DNA of 64,000 nucleotides from Haliotis rubra (taxonomy: Eukaryota). Numbering within the stretch: the first letter of the stretch is position 1; each line of letters begins with the position of its first letter. This document shows positions 1 through 12,625 of this stretch, one piece after another. The stretch spans positions 6,820,001 through 6,884,000 of the forward strand of contig NW_025766002.1 of assembly GCF_003918875.1 (NCBI RefSeq). The letters are read 5' to 3'. A program made the position numbers and the translations under genes. The notes beneath the pieces were generated by a model. It had not been told where the DNA came from. It ran no database searches and saw only the letters and a list, made by a program, of their open reading frames with translations.

Positions 1-751
1 AGTCAACGACTTCGCTGTAATATGCTGAAATCCAATCGTATTTTCATTAAAGTGGTCATTGTCTTAATGACTCTCTGTTGAAATACTTGTGATTAGGCCT
101 GTACATAAAATACACATATACATTTCAGTAATCAATTCTAGGAGACATGCCCTTGGACCATGTGCGGTACAGAAAAATTGATGAATCAGCAAGGTGGAAG
201 AAATCGATGAAAACGGCTATCGGATTTCATCTGAACTGACCATCGACGGAGACAACACATGTATCACAACGTGGGTGACTACCGAAGCGGTCCTTTACAA
301 GATAAGATACGAATATTGTGTTACTTTGTTTACTTTGTAACACACAGCTCACGGTAATCATTTGTACACAGTAACATATACATGTGTCTATTAGAGAATA
401 TAATACAGACGGTACATTTATCGGCCCGAAAATGTCTGTAAGAAACATAAAAGCAAGTAATTAAGTTACAGACTACGAATGTTCCTTCAAATCATTTGCA
501 CTGACAGCTCTTGTCATATATCACACTCGCGATTCAGTGAGCATACATTTCACGTGGTAATAGTGCCACACCGCACGTGATAATAGTGCCACACCGTCTG
601 CTTATGCACGTGCAGTCCGCGCAATTGTCTCTCTCAGAAAACTGTTTTGTCTACAAGCTGTTACTCAGCGAAATAATTAACTAACACGCGGATTTTAAAC
701 ATGTAGTCAAGGATGAGTGAGTAAAAATTTACATCGCTTTATTGGTCAAGA

Positions 752-816
752 GTGAGTGAGTGAGTTATTATTTAACGTCACATCGGCAATATTGCAGCCA
801 TATCGTGACGAGAACA
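752..816 (-). mobile_element. 65-bp 5'-truncated retroposon 3' end with (ACTC)n tail
   Basis: 12-bp TSD tattggtcaaga at 740-751 and 817-828; minus strand ends ...aatattgccgatgtgacgttaaataataactcactcactcac, similar to the SINE tails in this window. Confidence 0.75.
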
Positions 817-3800
817 TATTGGTCAAGAAGAAAAGCGATACTTTCATCATTAGTGACAAGCTTTGATTTCTAAATTCGTTTAACAATCGTAGCGTTTTAA
901 AAACAACCTTGCATGGGATATTAGGACCGGGTTTACATTCTTGAAGAGAAATTGTTACAATTTTATCTCCGACCAAATGTACGGGCAAACATCAGGTTCA
1001 AGACACTGCTTGTTGAAATAAACACGAAACTAACCGGTCTGGAGTTTAGATAGCTGATACACGTTTATTTGTCTTCGTATTGAATAACTGCCACTGGGTG
1101 CGGTGTTTGCTGGTCATTCAATATATTACACGCTTCAGTAGACGTTCGGACTTTGGTCAACATGCCAAACAGAAATATTTGTAATACATTTCAGGGTGTT
1201 GTTGTAAAGCGTGTCAAGAAAGCGTGACGAGAAACAGTGGTATTTATTTATAACGAATTCCAATCGAAGCGTTCAGATGGAAGGGTCGGTAAGAAAACGG
1301 TAAAGAATAATTGATTATAAAGCAAACCAAGGAAAATACGTTATTTGAATAAAACCGTGCCACAAGAATTGACGACAGACTTAAGTGATTGCGTTGTCAC
1401 GCACTGATGATATTGAAAACAACGGTAAGTGATAATGAACACTGTAACGCCATCGTCATGCATTGCATCAACTGTTCAAACCTGTCAATCAATCAACATG
1501 CCAGATCCCAGCGTTATATTTAATAAAGCACGGGCGGGATGCACGGGCGAATATACACGGGTGGTAATTATAACACAGAAATCACGATCCCGTGGGATGT
1601 TATTCGCTGTGCTGTCATAGTCATTACATAACATCCCTCGCACCTGAAACTGACATTTGACAGATACGCGAACCCCAGTTGTCGATATCAGACAGGGCGA
1701 CAAGACCCAGAAAATGACAGTGACGTAAAATTATGTCAAATATATTTTCGTGGTATGCCACTGAAATGCCTCTTTTTCGGTTTCAGAGAGGGTTTGTATT
1801 CTTTGTGTAGACATTTTGTTTGTGAGAGTCAGCTTTGAGAATTCTGAAGCAAGTGTGTTGAGGATTCTTTGACGAAAAGAAAGAATCATTGAACCTTATT
1901 GGACACATACCTGGGATCTGTAATGAAACTATTATATAGAAAAAACAGGTTTCAATAATATTAATTAGATATAATAAAAAGGAAAATAGAAACCGTTGTA
2001 AGTATTATAGACTAGAATGGGGTGTAGTTGAGATGTTTGTTTCATATAATGAGTTGATAGGAGTCTGTCTTAGAGACTACAGACACATATTTAAGCAACA
2101 TTACATGTTGTAGAATTAAGGAAAACAGAATTATCTTAATGCCTTTGACTTCAATATTCTCTCAAATGAACGGTAGAGAATACTGGCTTTACCTTGCTTG
2201 TTACCAGCTTACACAATGTGACTTACGCCATATTGCTGTCATGTTCACTGGGGCGTGACAGTTACTCAAAAAACCTGCACTTTCTTGATAAAGGACCCGT
2301 ACACAAACAGAGTTGAAAGATGAAATATATACTATTCACACTTTGCTAAGGATCAAATCATGGATTCAACAGAGAATTATGATGAGGGGTCAAATTTGGT
2401 ATCAATATCTAAGCTTATTGTAAGCATGGATCCTAGGTTTCAGTATGTCATTCATCTTGTGGAACCCATACCTGCTATTGACAGGTGTTGTGTACTTGTC
2501 AATGACTCGTTCCATGATTTGCAAAATGGTTGATTGGTGCCATGAAAACCATTTTTATGGTTACTCATGTCTCAGGTGAATATGGTTAGATTAAAGTGAC
2601 TGTTTTCCTAAAGAGGGGTTACCATATTATTATATATCCAGTTTTAAATGGATACAATTCCAAATTATAAGTCTACTTTTAAATAAAGTTGTGAATTTTT
2701 GTGATCCTTAGCAAAGTGTGAGTAGTATATGTCAACCAGTTTAATGTCGGCACTTCACACGCGAAGTTTATTATTTTTTTTTGGTTAATGTGACATATTT
2801 TACAATTAACACTTATTAAAAGCTACAATTTTATTTTGGAATGAAAAGTGTATATTTCGCTTGACGCCTGGTCGTGTTTCACCTCACTGGTAAAAGCGAA
2901 ATGTTGAGTGAGTGAGTGACTGTCTCATGGTGGTATCAGACATTCGCAGATGCGAAATGGGAATATCCACCACTGAACGCTATTATTTACCTCCTGTGCC
3001 CAATTCGAAGTGATACTTAAATATTAATGAATATCCGTTATAACTTTCAAATTTAGCGTTATCCTTGACCCGTTCAAGGGCGCCGTTCATCAAAGCTAGC
3101 AGCAACATAATTGAATAAAAGAGACAATGATCCTCTGAATAAAATATATTTTAAATGTTTGAAATTTCAGTGCGCCACAGCTGGGTACATGGGAAATGTA
3201 TGCCACATGTGTCATATAATAGAGGAATTAAATGAAACATTAATTACACATCTACAAACATTCCCCCGGCATTACAATGTCATCTTCCACAATTTTGTCA
3301 TCAATTATTGATGATTAGATTTAGGTGGTTGAAAATACCCGACACCCGCCGGGTAATTAACATAATAAATATTGAAACCCCGTTGCAAACATCCGTATTT
3401 CGCTTTGTGGGTGCCGCCGATTCAAACCCACGTGCCATCTCTCTTTTTGATATAACAGTGCTAATGACGCTCCTATTAAATATGTATGCACTGCAGCAGA
3501 GTGTATAGAATGTGTTGTTTATCGCCCAGCGCACAGTAACGGGGGTAGGAAACGGACAAGGATCACTGCTCGGTCCCCATCTGTTCGCAATGGGCTTTTC
3601 TATTCAAATCGGCAAATGAGATAAAACCGTATGACAGATGCCCTTTCAGCCACCAAAATAACACCGACGAGGGCTGGAAGTTCAAAGGCCATTAATGGAT
3701 ATTTGGCTAGTTAACATTTTGTGTCGTCGTCGGTTTTTGAATTACGAAGCCGCATCACACATCGGTTAAAAATGTTTCCTAATTAGAAAAGAAACCCCAC

Positions 3801-4614
3801 TTGCAAATGAACCCGAATTTCGTGTTGTTGTAAGAAGCCCCGAGGATAGATCTCTCGGTCAGGGTTATCAAGTTTCACTGGCTAAATCTCAAATCAATAC
3901 GGATTTAAATTTGACGGTTAAAGAGGCACTCTGTCAAAGGGCATCCTAAAACATGCTTCCTCTCTTTGATGACTGTTATGCTTCGAAGATTACACCAAGG
4001 TAAAGCACCTGTCTCTAATCCGAATAAAGGAAACGAAAGCACCGAGGCACGAATTAAAACATAAAAGCGTCAGTTTCAAATAGTTCACGGTGTATTCAAA
4101 AGGGCCCTTAGATATACAGTTGGGTGTCCTCATGTGCATTCAGTCTCATTATCAAAGGACGGTATAAATGACTTAATAACAATTTCTGTACTTTGCATTA
4201 TAACCTTGTTATTTTTTACTCATTAAATTAAATTTAAATGCATAAAACGATACGGGTGTTTTCGTTTTTTCTTGCGGGTATAGGCAACTACTCGTGTAGA
4301 TATACATATACATATACATGTACATATATTTTACTTATTCATTACGGTTGGGTTACGATTCTTTTAGTTTCTCGAGACACTGTCATACTATACGACTTGA
4401 GATATGCCTTTGTATTCTAGACTCTTTAATCCATTTGTTGTACTGTTTTACATAACTACGAGTGAATGGGTGAGTTGGGTTGGGTTTAATACACCTTTTA
4501 ACTGCATTCCATTCAGGAAAGCCCGAAGAGATTCAGGTCTTGAACGTTTCACGTTGGTGAAACTGACGAGTTCGGTTATATTGCTGACATACCCACAAAT
4601 ATAGTCGGGGCTGG

Positions 4615-4800
4615 TGCGTCACACAGTCCCTAAGCCATACTGTTTTCCCTTCTACCCAGCCATTTCTGTAATGCCAGAGCCCTAAATGCATGAAGTCTAG
4701 ACTCTCCTCGGTTCAGGGATCTCCGAGCTCACTGGGACTCCTTTTTAAACAGTTATTTATTTCTGTCAATATTACATACTTTCAGACACTGTACATTAGT
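4615..4800 (+). mobile_element. Degenerate copy of TAG..CTA MITE (AcademH-like subfamily 1)
   Basis: Aligns by eye to 11733-12150 and 54302-54500 (cagtccctaagccata...ccctaaat...aagtctaga...gagctcactgggactccttt); termini decayed. Confidence 0.6.
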
Positions 4801-5059
4801 TTGAATCGGGGCGAACCGGAAAGGTAAGTTCAAAACGATCTAATTGTAGAATATTCAACTATCTATATCCAAATACTTCTGATTACGAAAATCTGTAGGC
4901 GGGGTATATAAACAAATGTAGAAAATTTTTATCACTTCCATCACCCGCTTAACTGACTTTCCATCAAATGTAAGTTTGTAAGTAGAGTTCGATCTAAATT
5001 GTTCCGTTCGTTAGTCATATTCACTGATCCTGTTGCCGTTTATTCACTATCATAATCCG

Positions 5060-7330
5060 CCATTTAACCACTTTGCCCGTCCTCTATACCAAGACTTCTT
5101 ATACGGAAGTTAAACATTTGCAGCGATTCAAACGTACATTAATCTTGCAACTGACACTATAAGGCATGGATAATTCCAAGCATGGAAACCAAACGTCATT
5201 TGCATCGGCTAATCCGGTCGTGGTAATGACATCAACCCAAAGCCAATAACAGCAAAAGGTTCTGCACAGGAGGCAATAGTGAAGGAGGTAAGCCTTCTCC
5301 TTGCTGACCACCTGCCCCTGTTCCTCGCTGTGGACGATGTATAGAGCCGTGTATGATGTCGGAGCCAATTACAGATAACCAGTGGTTGAACCCGCTCATT
5401 CCACATACTCCCAAGACCATCATCGACCAAGTGGTCAAGCGATTCTCCTTGACCGTATGGCCATTGCGAGCCACTAATTCAGTGATGACGGACGCGGCAT
5501 AGCTAGACTTATTGTAAATAGACCAACGTGCTGTGTATGTTGGAAACGCGTATCAGTAATTGTGAAGAGATTCAGGCTGGTAAGGCAACACTGAATGGGT
5601 TTGATTGTATTTCCTTATCATCGTTGTCCAGTTTGGATTTGATAGACATAATCAATACAGCCCGGTCTGGTATAAATCAAATATGTACGGATATGGCATC
5701 GATAGAAATTAGCCCGTCTTGTAACAAGTATCAAATATTCATAAAGCAGCCATGCAGTCTAGCCGAAATCGCCCTTGAACAGTTCTTTCTTGCACTATCA
5801 TTATGTCAAGAGGATCGAAAAAGTATGTTTCAACAAACGGTTAATGAATCCGGATCCAGTACAGTTATGCGATAGCTGCTTCTCTGATGCTTCAGGAAGA
5901 AAGGATTATATCATTTGAATACTTTCTTGCAATCAGATGAATTATGTACAAAATCTATAAGTTTAGTTTTTTTAACACCTACATGAATTTTATCCCATCT
6001 TCCGCTTCACCAGTACATACTGACATTCGATACGCAAGAAACTCGTAGACATAGGCGAATCGGTCATCCTATAATCCTTTGATAACATTTTAAGTGCTTC
6101 AACCTCTAAATTGAACGACTCTGTGGGAACACACACCTTTGATAGCGGACACACGGATCTGCATTGATGGTAGGCATGTTTTGATGAGCGACGATGCTCT
6201 AATGGACCTGGCTATTAACCTATTGACGAATAACAAACATTTATCACTGGTCAGGGGCAACAATCACAAGGCAGACAGAAGTCTGCTCCAGCCACTGTCC
6301 GGCAGCTTTGATGTCCACACTACAGAATTATACCGGAATGTGGCAGCGCAATACAAAGAAACAAATCTCCAAATTGAGTACATTACTAAGGTCAGGGGGT
6401 GAAATGGAGAAATAATACTAAACAACGAATAGACTAGGTAGTTATTGGCGACTGGCACGTCATTGGACCAGATCAGTTTTGAAATTTAACGTTCCCTTTT
6501 AAAGCACACGGGTCTTAGTTACCATTTTTTGAAAAGCTGAGCCAAATTTTAACACACTCATTAGCCGCGGAGCTCAGGTGAATGAACCACCAGAGCGACA
6601 GGGTTTCTTGTTGACGTGGTGAGCTTAGCCAGCGACGACACCCACCTCCTAAAGTTTAGCCCACTCTTATAAATATCGAAAATGGACTAAAGCGTCAGAT
6701 GGCTTCTTGAGAGTGGTTGATAATTGTTGCTTGGCATCTCAATAGGATTAGTTCAAATCGTAGAATATACAACTCTAACTGTTTGGCAGATACCACCAAT
6801 CGATGCCATGTCCGGATTGCATGATGACGATGTTTATTTTACGGACGAATTCCCCCAAGGCGTGCAGTTATCGAGATCTGTTGGAATAAACTCGCTTAGC
6901 TAGGCATCAGTAAGAGGTAGCCACGGGATTGTGAGGTTACATTGGGAAAACATGCCGGACCCTCGCTTCCCCTTTGACCTCTTGACCCTTGGCCTCTCCG
7001 CGTTCTGCAGCTGCCGTGTCGATGGGGGTGAAGATTAGGCGGTGGGCTAGAACTCGACCTTTTATTGAGACCAGTCGCAGCTGAATGCGCGGTTTGCAAT
7101 GATAGCCTAACATCCTGTGTACCCGACACGGACCTGGGCCAGTGGTCCGTAGTTCCGTTGTAGTTCGGTGTCGAAGGTTTCCTGTATTGGCAAGGTCTCC
7201 AATGAGGGGTTGTCAAGACTTGAATGGGTCAGTTAAAGACATATCGGACACGTTTCACGGCTCCTGTCATGAGTGGTCAACCTGAGGTGGACAAAACTTT
7301 TATATCCTTTGGTAGCCGTTTCCTGTCCTG
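5060..7330 (-). pseudogene. Highly decayed L1/Tx1-like LINE relic
   Basis: Broken minus-strand peptides in the expected order: ORF1-like RLIFTPIDTAAAERGEAKGQEVKGK / ITARLGEF (about 6830-7090), weak endonuclease-like remnants (about 6320-6600), C-terminal zinc-knuckle-like WPYGQGESLDHL..GSMW (about 5400-5470); many stops and frameshifts. Confidence 0.35.
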
Positions 7331-7696
7331 GTATTTACCCCATGATGATATCTTATTAGTTCTACAGTGGGCGGAGTGTCTTGAATAATGGATCGGATTT
7401 AGGTTCACGGTGAACTGTATATTTACTTGTTTTTATCAGAACCATTGTGATATTTCATGAATTTCCTCCATAAAGGACAGGACATTATTTCTTCATGAAC
7501 TTATCAGTTGTACGACGGTCAAACGGAACACCGAGATTCTCACTGAATGGTTAGGTATGTGTCTAAATATGTCTTCGTACTGTTGTACAATGATTAACTT
7601 CACGCCCAATTAACACGTTTGATGTGTTTATGATAAAAACTAAATTTCCATAAGGGGGAACGATTAAAAGTGAATATTCCAAACACATCACAGCCG

Positions 7697-7837
7697 CTCA
7701 GTTTAGTTTTACGCCGCTTTTAGCAATATTCCAGCAGTATCGTGACTGGGGATACCAGAAATGGGCTTCACACATGGAACCCAACTCGGTCCTTGGGCGT
7801 GACGAGCGAACGCTTTAACCACTGGGCTACCCCACCA
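7697..7837 (-). mobile_element. tRNA-derived SINE family A, internally deleted
   Basis: Matches family consensus ttttacgccgcttttagcaatattccagc...gaacgctttaaccact..gctaccccacc. Confidence 0.9.
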
Positions 7838-8284
7838 CATCCTACTGCAGAAGATTTCTGGCTAAGCACATTACTGAAAATATTGGTTGACACAATTTGT
7901 AATAATTACTCTGGTGTGTTAATGTGAGACATTGATCTTATCTGCGGTGATAATGAACTATTGGACTGTCAAAATCATCTCGTCATACACATGTCTTCCC
8001 TTAAAGATAACGCACCTGACTGTGCAGTGCTTCTAGATCAGTGCTGCATTTGAACAGGACGTTATGTATGTACAACACAATTTGATCGCTACAGCCAGTA
8101 CATTCGTAATGTACCCGCTTTCAAGAATACGTGACTACAGAATTTGTACCGTAAAACGTATGTCACAAACTGTCAGTTCTTTATAGGTAATCTACACTTG
8201 AAACAAAACAATGAAGTTATGGCTGTATATAAAAACGCGCAAGATGATTCTATTTGGGAAGGTTGTTAAATAGCCGTGACCCTT

Positions 8285-9200
8285 CATTTTCATCTTCATG
8301 ACGATAAGGATAATCACTACCATGACCATCACCAACACCAGGATCATCACAACACCATCATCACCAACATCATCATAATCACAATCATCATCACCAACAC
8401 AATCATCATCAACCACCATCATCATCATCACCACCATCATCATCATCATCATCACCAACACAATCATCATCACCATCATCATAACCACAATCATCACCAC
8501 CATCATCATCATCACCATCATCATCACCAACACAAACATCATAACCAACACAATCATCATCACCACAATCATCATCACCAACACAATCATCATCACCAAC
8601 ACAATCATCATCACCATCATCATAACCACAATCATCACCACCATCATCATCATCACCATCATCATCACTAACACAAACATCATAACCAACACAATCATCA
8701 TCACCACAATCATCATCACCAACACAATCANNNNNNNNNNNNNNNNNNNNNNNNNNNNNNNNNNNNNNNNNNNNNNNNNNNNNNNNNNNNNNNNNNNNNN
8801 NNNNNNNNNNNNNNNNNNNNNNNNNNNNNNNNNNNNNNNNNNNNNNNNNNNNNNNNNNNNNNNNNNNNNNNNNNNNNNNNNNNNNNNNNNNNNNNNNNNN
8901 NNNNNNNNNNNNNNNNNNNNNNNNNNNNNNNNNNNNNNNNNNNNNNNNNNNNNNNNNNNNNNNNNNNNNNNNNNNNNNNNNNNNNNNNNNNTCACCATCA
9001 TCACAATCATTATCACCACAATCATCATCCCCCATCATCATCCTCAACAACAACACCCTCATCATCATCATTATCACCACCATCACCAACACCATCATCA
9101 TCACCAACATCATCATCATCGACCACCTTAGATATTGCCAATTATCCTGTGCACCACATTCGCCATTACTGCCAATCACCATCAATTATTACCAATCACA
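8285..9200. repeat. Imperfect (CAT/CAC/CAA)n trinucleotide repeat spanning an assembly gap
   Basis: Directly visible; produces poly-His, poly-Met/Val and Asp/Gly-rich ORFs in different frames. Confidence 0.95.
8731..8991. other. Assembly gap (N run)
   Basis: Run of N. Confidence 1.
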
Positions 9201-10282
9201 ATAATCAGCAAGGACCCTCACACTTCACCATCACATGTATTGTTAAAAAAATGACAATATTGCCGAAAATACTCTCACATAGGCATTATCTGTAGACATT
9301 GGTACTTGCTTCTAATCTAGCCGTGGAGTGTCCCACACTTTCAGCTATCTGTTCTGTACCTAAACACCCAATTGTCTCCTGTCACTCAAATGGAACCCTA
9401 TGCATGTAACCAATAAACGACATTTGACAAACCAATTATTTGGAAAAAAAGGCTAACATCTTCAAAGAATGACAACGGTAATTTAACACTTAAGCCGCCT
9501 ATACCACACTGCACTGACCAATCGAGTACCAGCACGGCGGTTAAAGTCTTGCGTCATCGGGGGAAGGAATTTCAACAAATTTGCAATCCCGTGACCCTTG
9601 ACCTCTTGTGGTCAAAACGTTACAGTTCTTGGTGTCAAAACTCCCGGTTGACAATTTAAACACAACCCAACGAGCTCCGAGCACACATGGGTGTTATCAG
9701 ACAGAGTAATTGGGGGAGCAGGGGAGACGGAAGGTTTGATATATGAGCTAGCATCTGCCTGCCACCCCCCTGTAGTGTGGAACGTCCCCCGGGATTTCTG
9801 TACGTGTTATTGACATTAATCGATGTGAAATCAATGTCAGTTTGCCATGGCCAGACACTGTGGCGAATTACAAACACATTTGGTTCTTGTGCCGAAACGA
9901 AAGAAAGCAATTTCTGATGGCGACAGCATTTGAGGTATTTGGGGCATTGGGTGTGCGAAACACGGTTGTCTAATGTAGGTGACAAAATATGTCAATGACG
10001 TCATAGAAAAGAAAATATGTCATTGTGGACTTTTATAAGCGATATCACTGACATGTATTTTATTAATCATGGTCTATCGTGTTGAATTCTTTCAGAATTG
10101 GAACGAATACCAAACGAGGATAAAGGCACAGTTTCTTTTTCTGAAGCTTCACATTTGATAATGCACGAGTGAAAACAATATCACGTGTGCTGTTTACACT
10201 CTCCCTCTCACGTGTTCCGCGCACACACTTTTCTTTCCCAACATTTGTATAATTGCTGAGTGGTAAGGTCGTTCAAGGAGTG

Positions 10283-10445
10283 AAGTGAGTGAGTTTGGTT
10301 TACGCCGCATTTAGCAATATTTCAGCAATATCACGGCGGGGGACACCAGAAGTGGGCTTCAAACATTGTACCCATATGGGGAATCGAACCCGGGTCTTCG
10401 GCGTGACGAGCTAGCGCTTTACTCACTAGACTACCCCACCGACCC
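10283..10445 (-). mobile_element. tRNA-derived SINE family A, full length
   Basis: A/B boxes on minus strand, (ACTC)n tail, 10-bp TSD tcaaggagtg (10273-10282 / 10446-10455). Confidence 0.95.
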
Positions 10446-10814
10446 TCAAGGAGTGCATAGTTCCGTCCCTTGTACGTATCAGGATCATATATTGGTTTGA
10501 AAACAGAATGAGATGGATTTTATGCCGCTAGCTAGTTTAATGTGGAAGTGAGGTTCTGTGATGTTTACCATTGACATGGATCTTATGTACTAAGAATTAT
10601 ACTCAGGTGTAATCTAGTTTCAAAACCTACGATCACTGGATTCTGGCACAACAAGGGACGTAACTCTGAAGATAGATAATCCGTACATTCTACCAAGATA
10701 ACCGTGAACTGTCAGGAATAGCCCGAGACTCATACACTGCAATGGTCGATCGTGGAGTATCTTCTCAATTCACAGCTGATTAATGCGGCCAGAATGGAAT
10801 CTGTTGTGTAATAT

Positions 10815-11078
10815 TGAGTGAGTTTAGATTTATGCCGCACTCAGCAATATTCCAGTTATATGGCGGCGGTCTTTAAATAATCGAGTGTGGACCAGACAAT
10901 CCAGTGATCAACAGCATGAGCATCGATCTGCGCAATTGGGAACCGATGACATGTGTCAACCAAGTCAGCGAGCCTGACCACCCGATCCCGTTAGTCGCCT
11001 CTTACGACAAGCATAGTCGCCTCTTACGACAAGCATGGGTTACTGAAGACCAATTCTAACCAGGGACCTTCACGGGTC
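10815..11078 (-). mobile_element. Short retroposon family B (non-tRNA structured head), full length
   Basis: 14-bp TSD ctgttgtgtaatat (10801-10814 / 11079-11092); tail ggaatattgctgagtgcggcataaa..actcactca related to family A tail; internal 22-bp tandem duplication at 10992-11035. Confidence 0.9.
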
Positions 11079-11732
11079 CTGTTGTGTAATATCATTAATT
11101 AAATGTTTTACATTCAGGACAGTTCATTGTCTGTCATCCGAAAAAACAGGTCTATAGCGATAAACACTGAAACAACCATATACAAATTTTGTCCTTTTCA
11201 TAGAATATCTTCATTTTTCAGAAACATTACTCATCCAATCACCAAACAATCACCAACTTAATTAGTTTTAATTGTCGTGTTGCGATTTCAACAGCAATAA
11301 ATGTATAAATAATTTACTTGTTAGAAAAACCGTCTTCTCTCCCGTCGCGAAACTCACATCGGTCTGTCGATTTCGCAATTTAGCATTTGATTAATGTTTA
11401 GTGGTCTTGTTACAAGTTACCAGCAAGACGCCGCTCGACCTGACTTACAAATCCACCCCAGGCCTATGTTAATTACGAATAACGAGAAGCCGAGTACATG
11501 TTAATTGTGCTCAACTGTAATGATGCACAAAAACCCCGAGGGTGTGAAGAACCTTGGCGCTCATCAGCTCCCCACAGAGAGAAACCAAGCACATACACCT
11601 CTTCCTGTGATATATATAACAAACGAACATTCAGAAAACCCACATTGTGCTTCATCCTCTAATGTAAAGTCAGCATTCACGTTCTTTAACGGTTACTTGT
11701 GTTCACTGAAACACCCTGTTTCAAGGTTGCCC

Positions 11733-12150
11733 TAGTCTGTCTCAGTCCCTGAGCCACATTATTTTCATTTCTGTCCAGCCCTTCCTGTAATGCTAAAGCT
11801 AGACTAACAACTAGTCTCTGAAATGAACATATTTTACTGGAAAAAGTTCATAGTAAAACAAATATATATATAATACATGTATAATGAAAAGGAGTAAGGA
11901 GCCCCAGTGAGCTGGGATAATCAAAATCTGAGGAAATCTAGACTTGCCACATTTTCTAGACTTGCGTGGGCTTTCTTGGATATATTTGCTTCAGGGTCTG
12001 TACGACAAACTATGCTAAAGGCCTAAATGAAGCAAGTCTAGATTTCCTCAGATTCTGATTCTCCCAGCTCACTGGGGCTCCTTTTCAATTTAAATGGGTT
12101 AATGTATTACTATCAAAATGATATATATTCAGAGACTAAGCGTTAGTCTA
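11733..12150 (+). mobile_element. Non-autonomous DNA transposon, TAG..CTA termini (AcademH-like subfamily 1), interrupted by a nested element
   Basis: Starts tagtctgtc, ends agactaagcgttagtcta; 9-bp TSD aggttgccc / aggttgcct. Confidence 0.8.
11800..12012 (-). mobile_element. Nested non-autonomous TAG..CTA element (subfamily 2), inverted relative to its host
   Basis: 9-bp TSD tgctaaagc / tgctaaagg (11791-11799 / 12013-12021); homologous to 17499-17702 and 52897-53101. Confidence 0.85.
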
Positions 12151-12625
12151 AGGTTGCCTTTGAAAAGGCTTGGTTGGTGCAAACGTAGGTTCAGACGTGG
12201 TGGAATAACTTGCTCGATTTAGTATATTGTATCTTAATTCTACCATGTATACACTAGATTAATGAGGATGGCTATAAAGTAACATTGTTTTGATGTCAGG
12301 GTGATGTAGCTTGTGTTATCATGCAAATGTGTAAACAAAATGTCACCTACTACATGTGCGTGGAACCGTTGCGTGTGTGATTGTAAATATAATGTCCTTT
12401 CCATCTTAAGAAATATACTGGAGTATTCCTACCAACTCAAAACTTGCGTATGAATCACTATCAAATAGTAGTAACACTAGGTAATCACGAACAGGTGAGT
12501 GTATCTTACCCGAACGGTCGCACTCGTCAGAAATACATGCAAACACATGTCAAGTATTCATCTGAAGAGAAAATGAGAACAAGTCAAAACAGGTCATTGC
12601 TTCAGACATCATTTTGATCACTTAT

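Noticed and set aside
8192-9028. Long Met/Val-rich and His-rich ORFs
   Set aside because: Products of a CAT/CAC microsatellite; two of them run through an N gap
10459-10668. Inverted repeat agttccgtcccttgt / acaagggacgtaact, possible MITE
   Set aside because: Single copy and no clear TSD, so too weak to call
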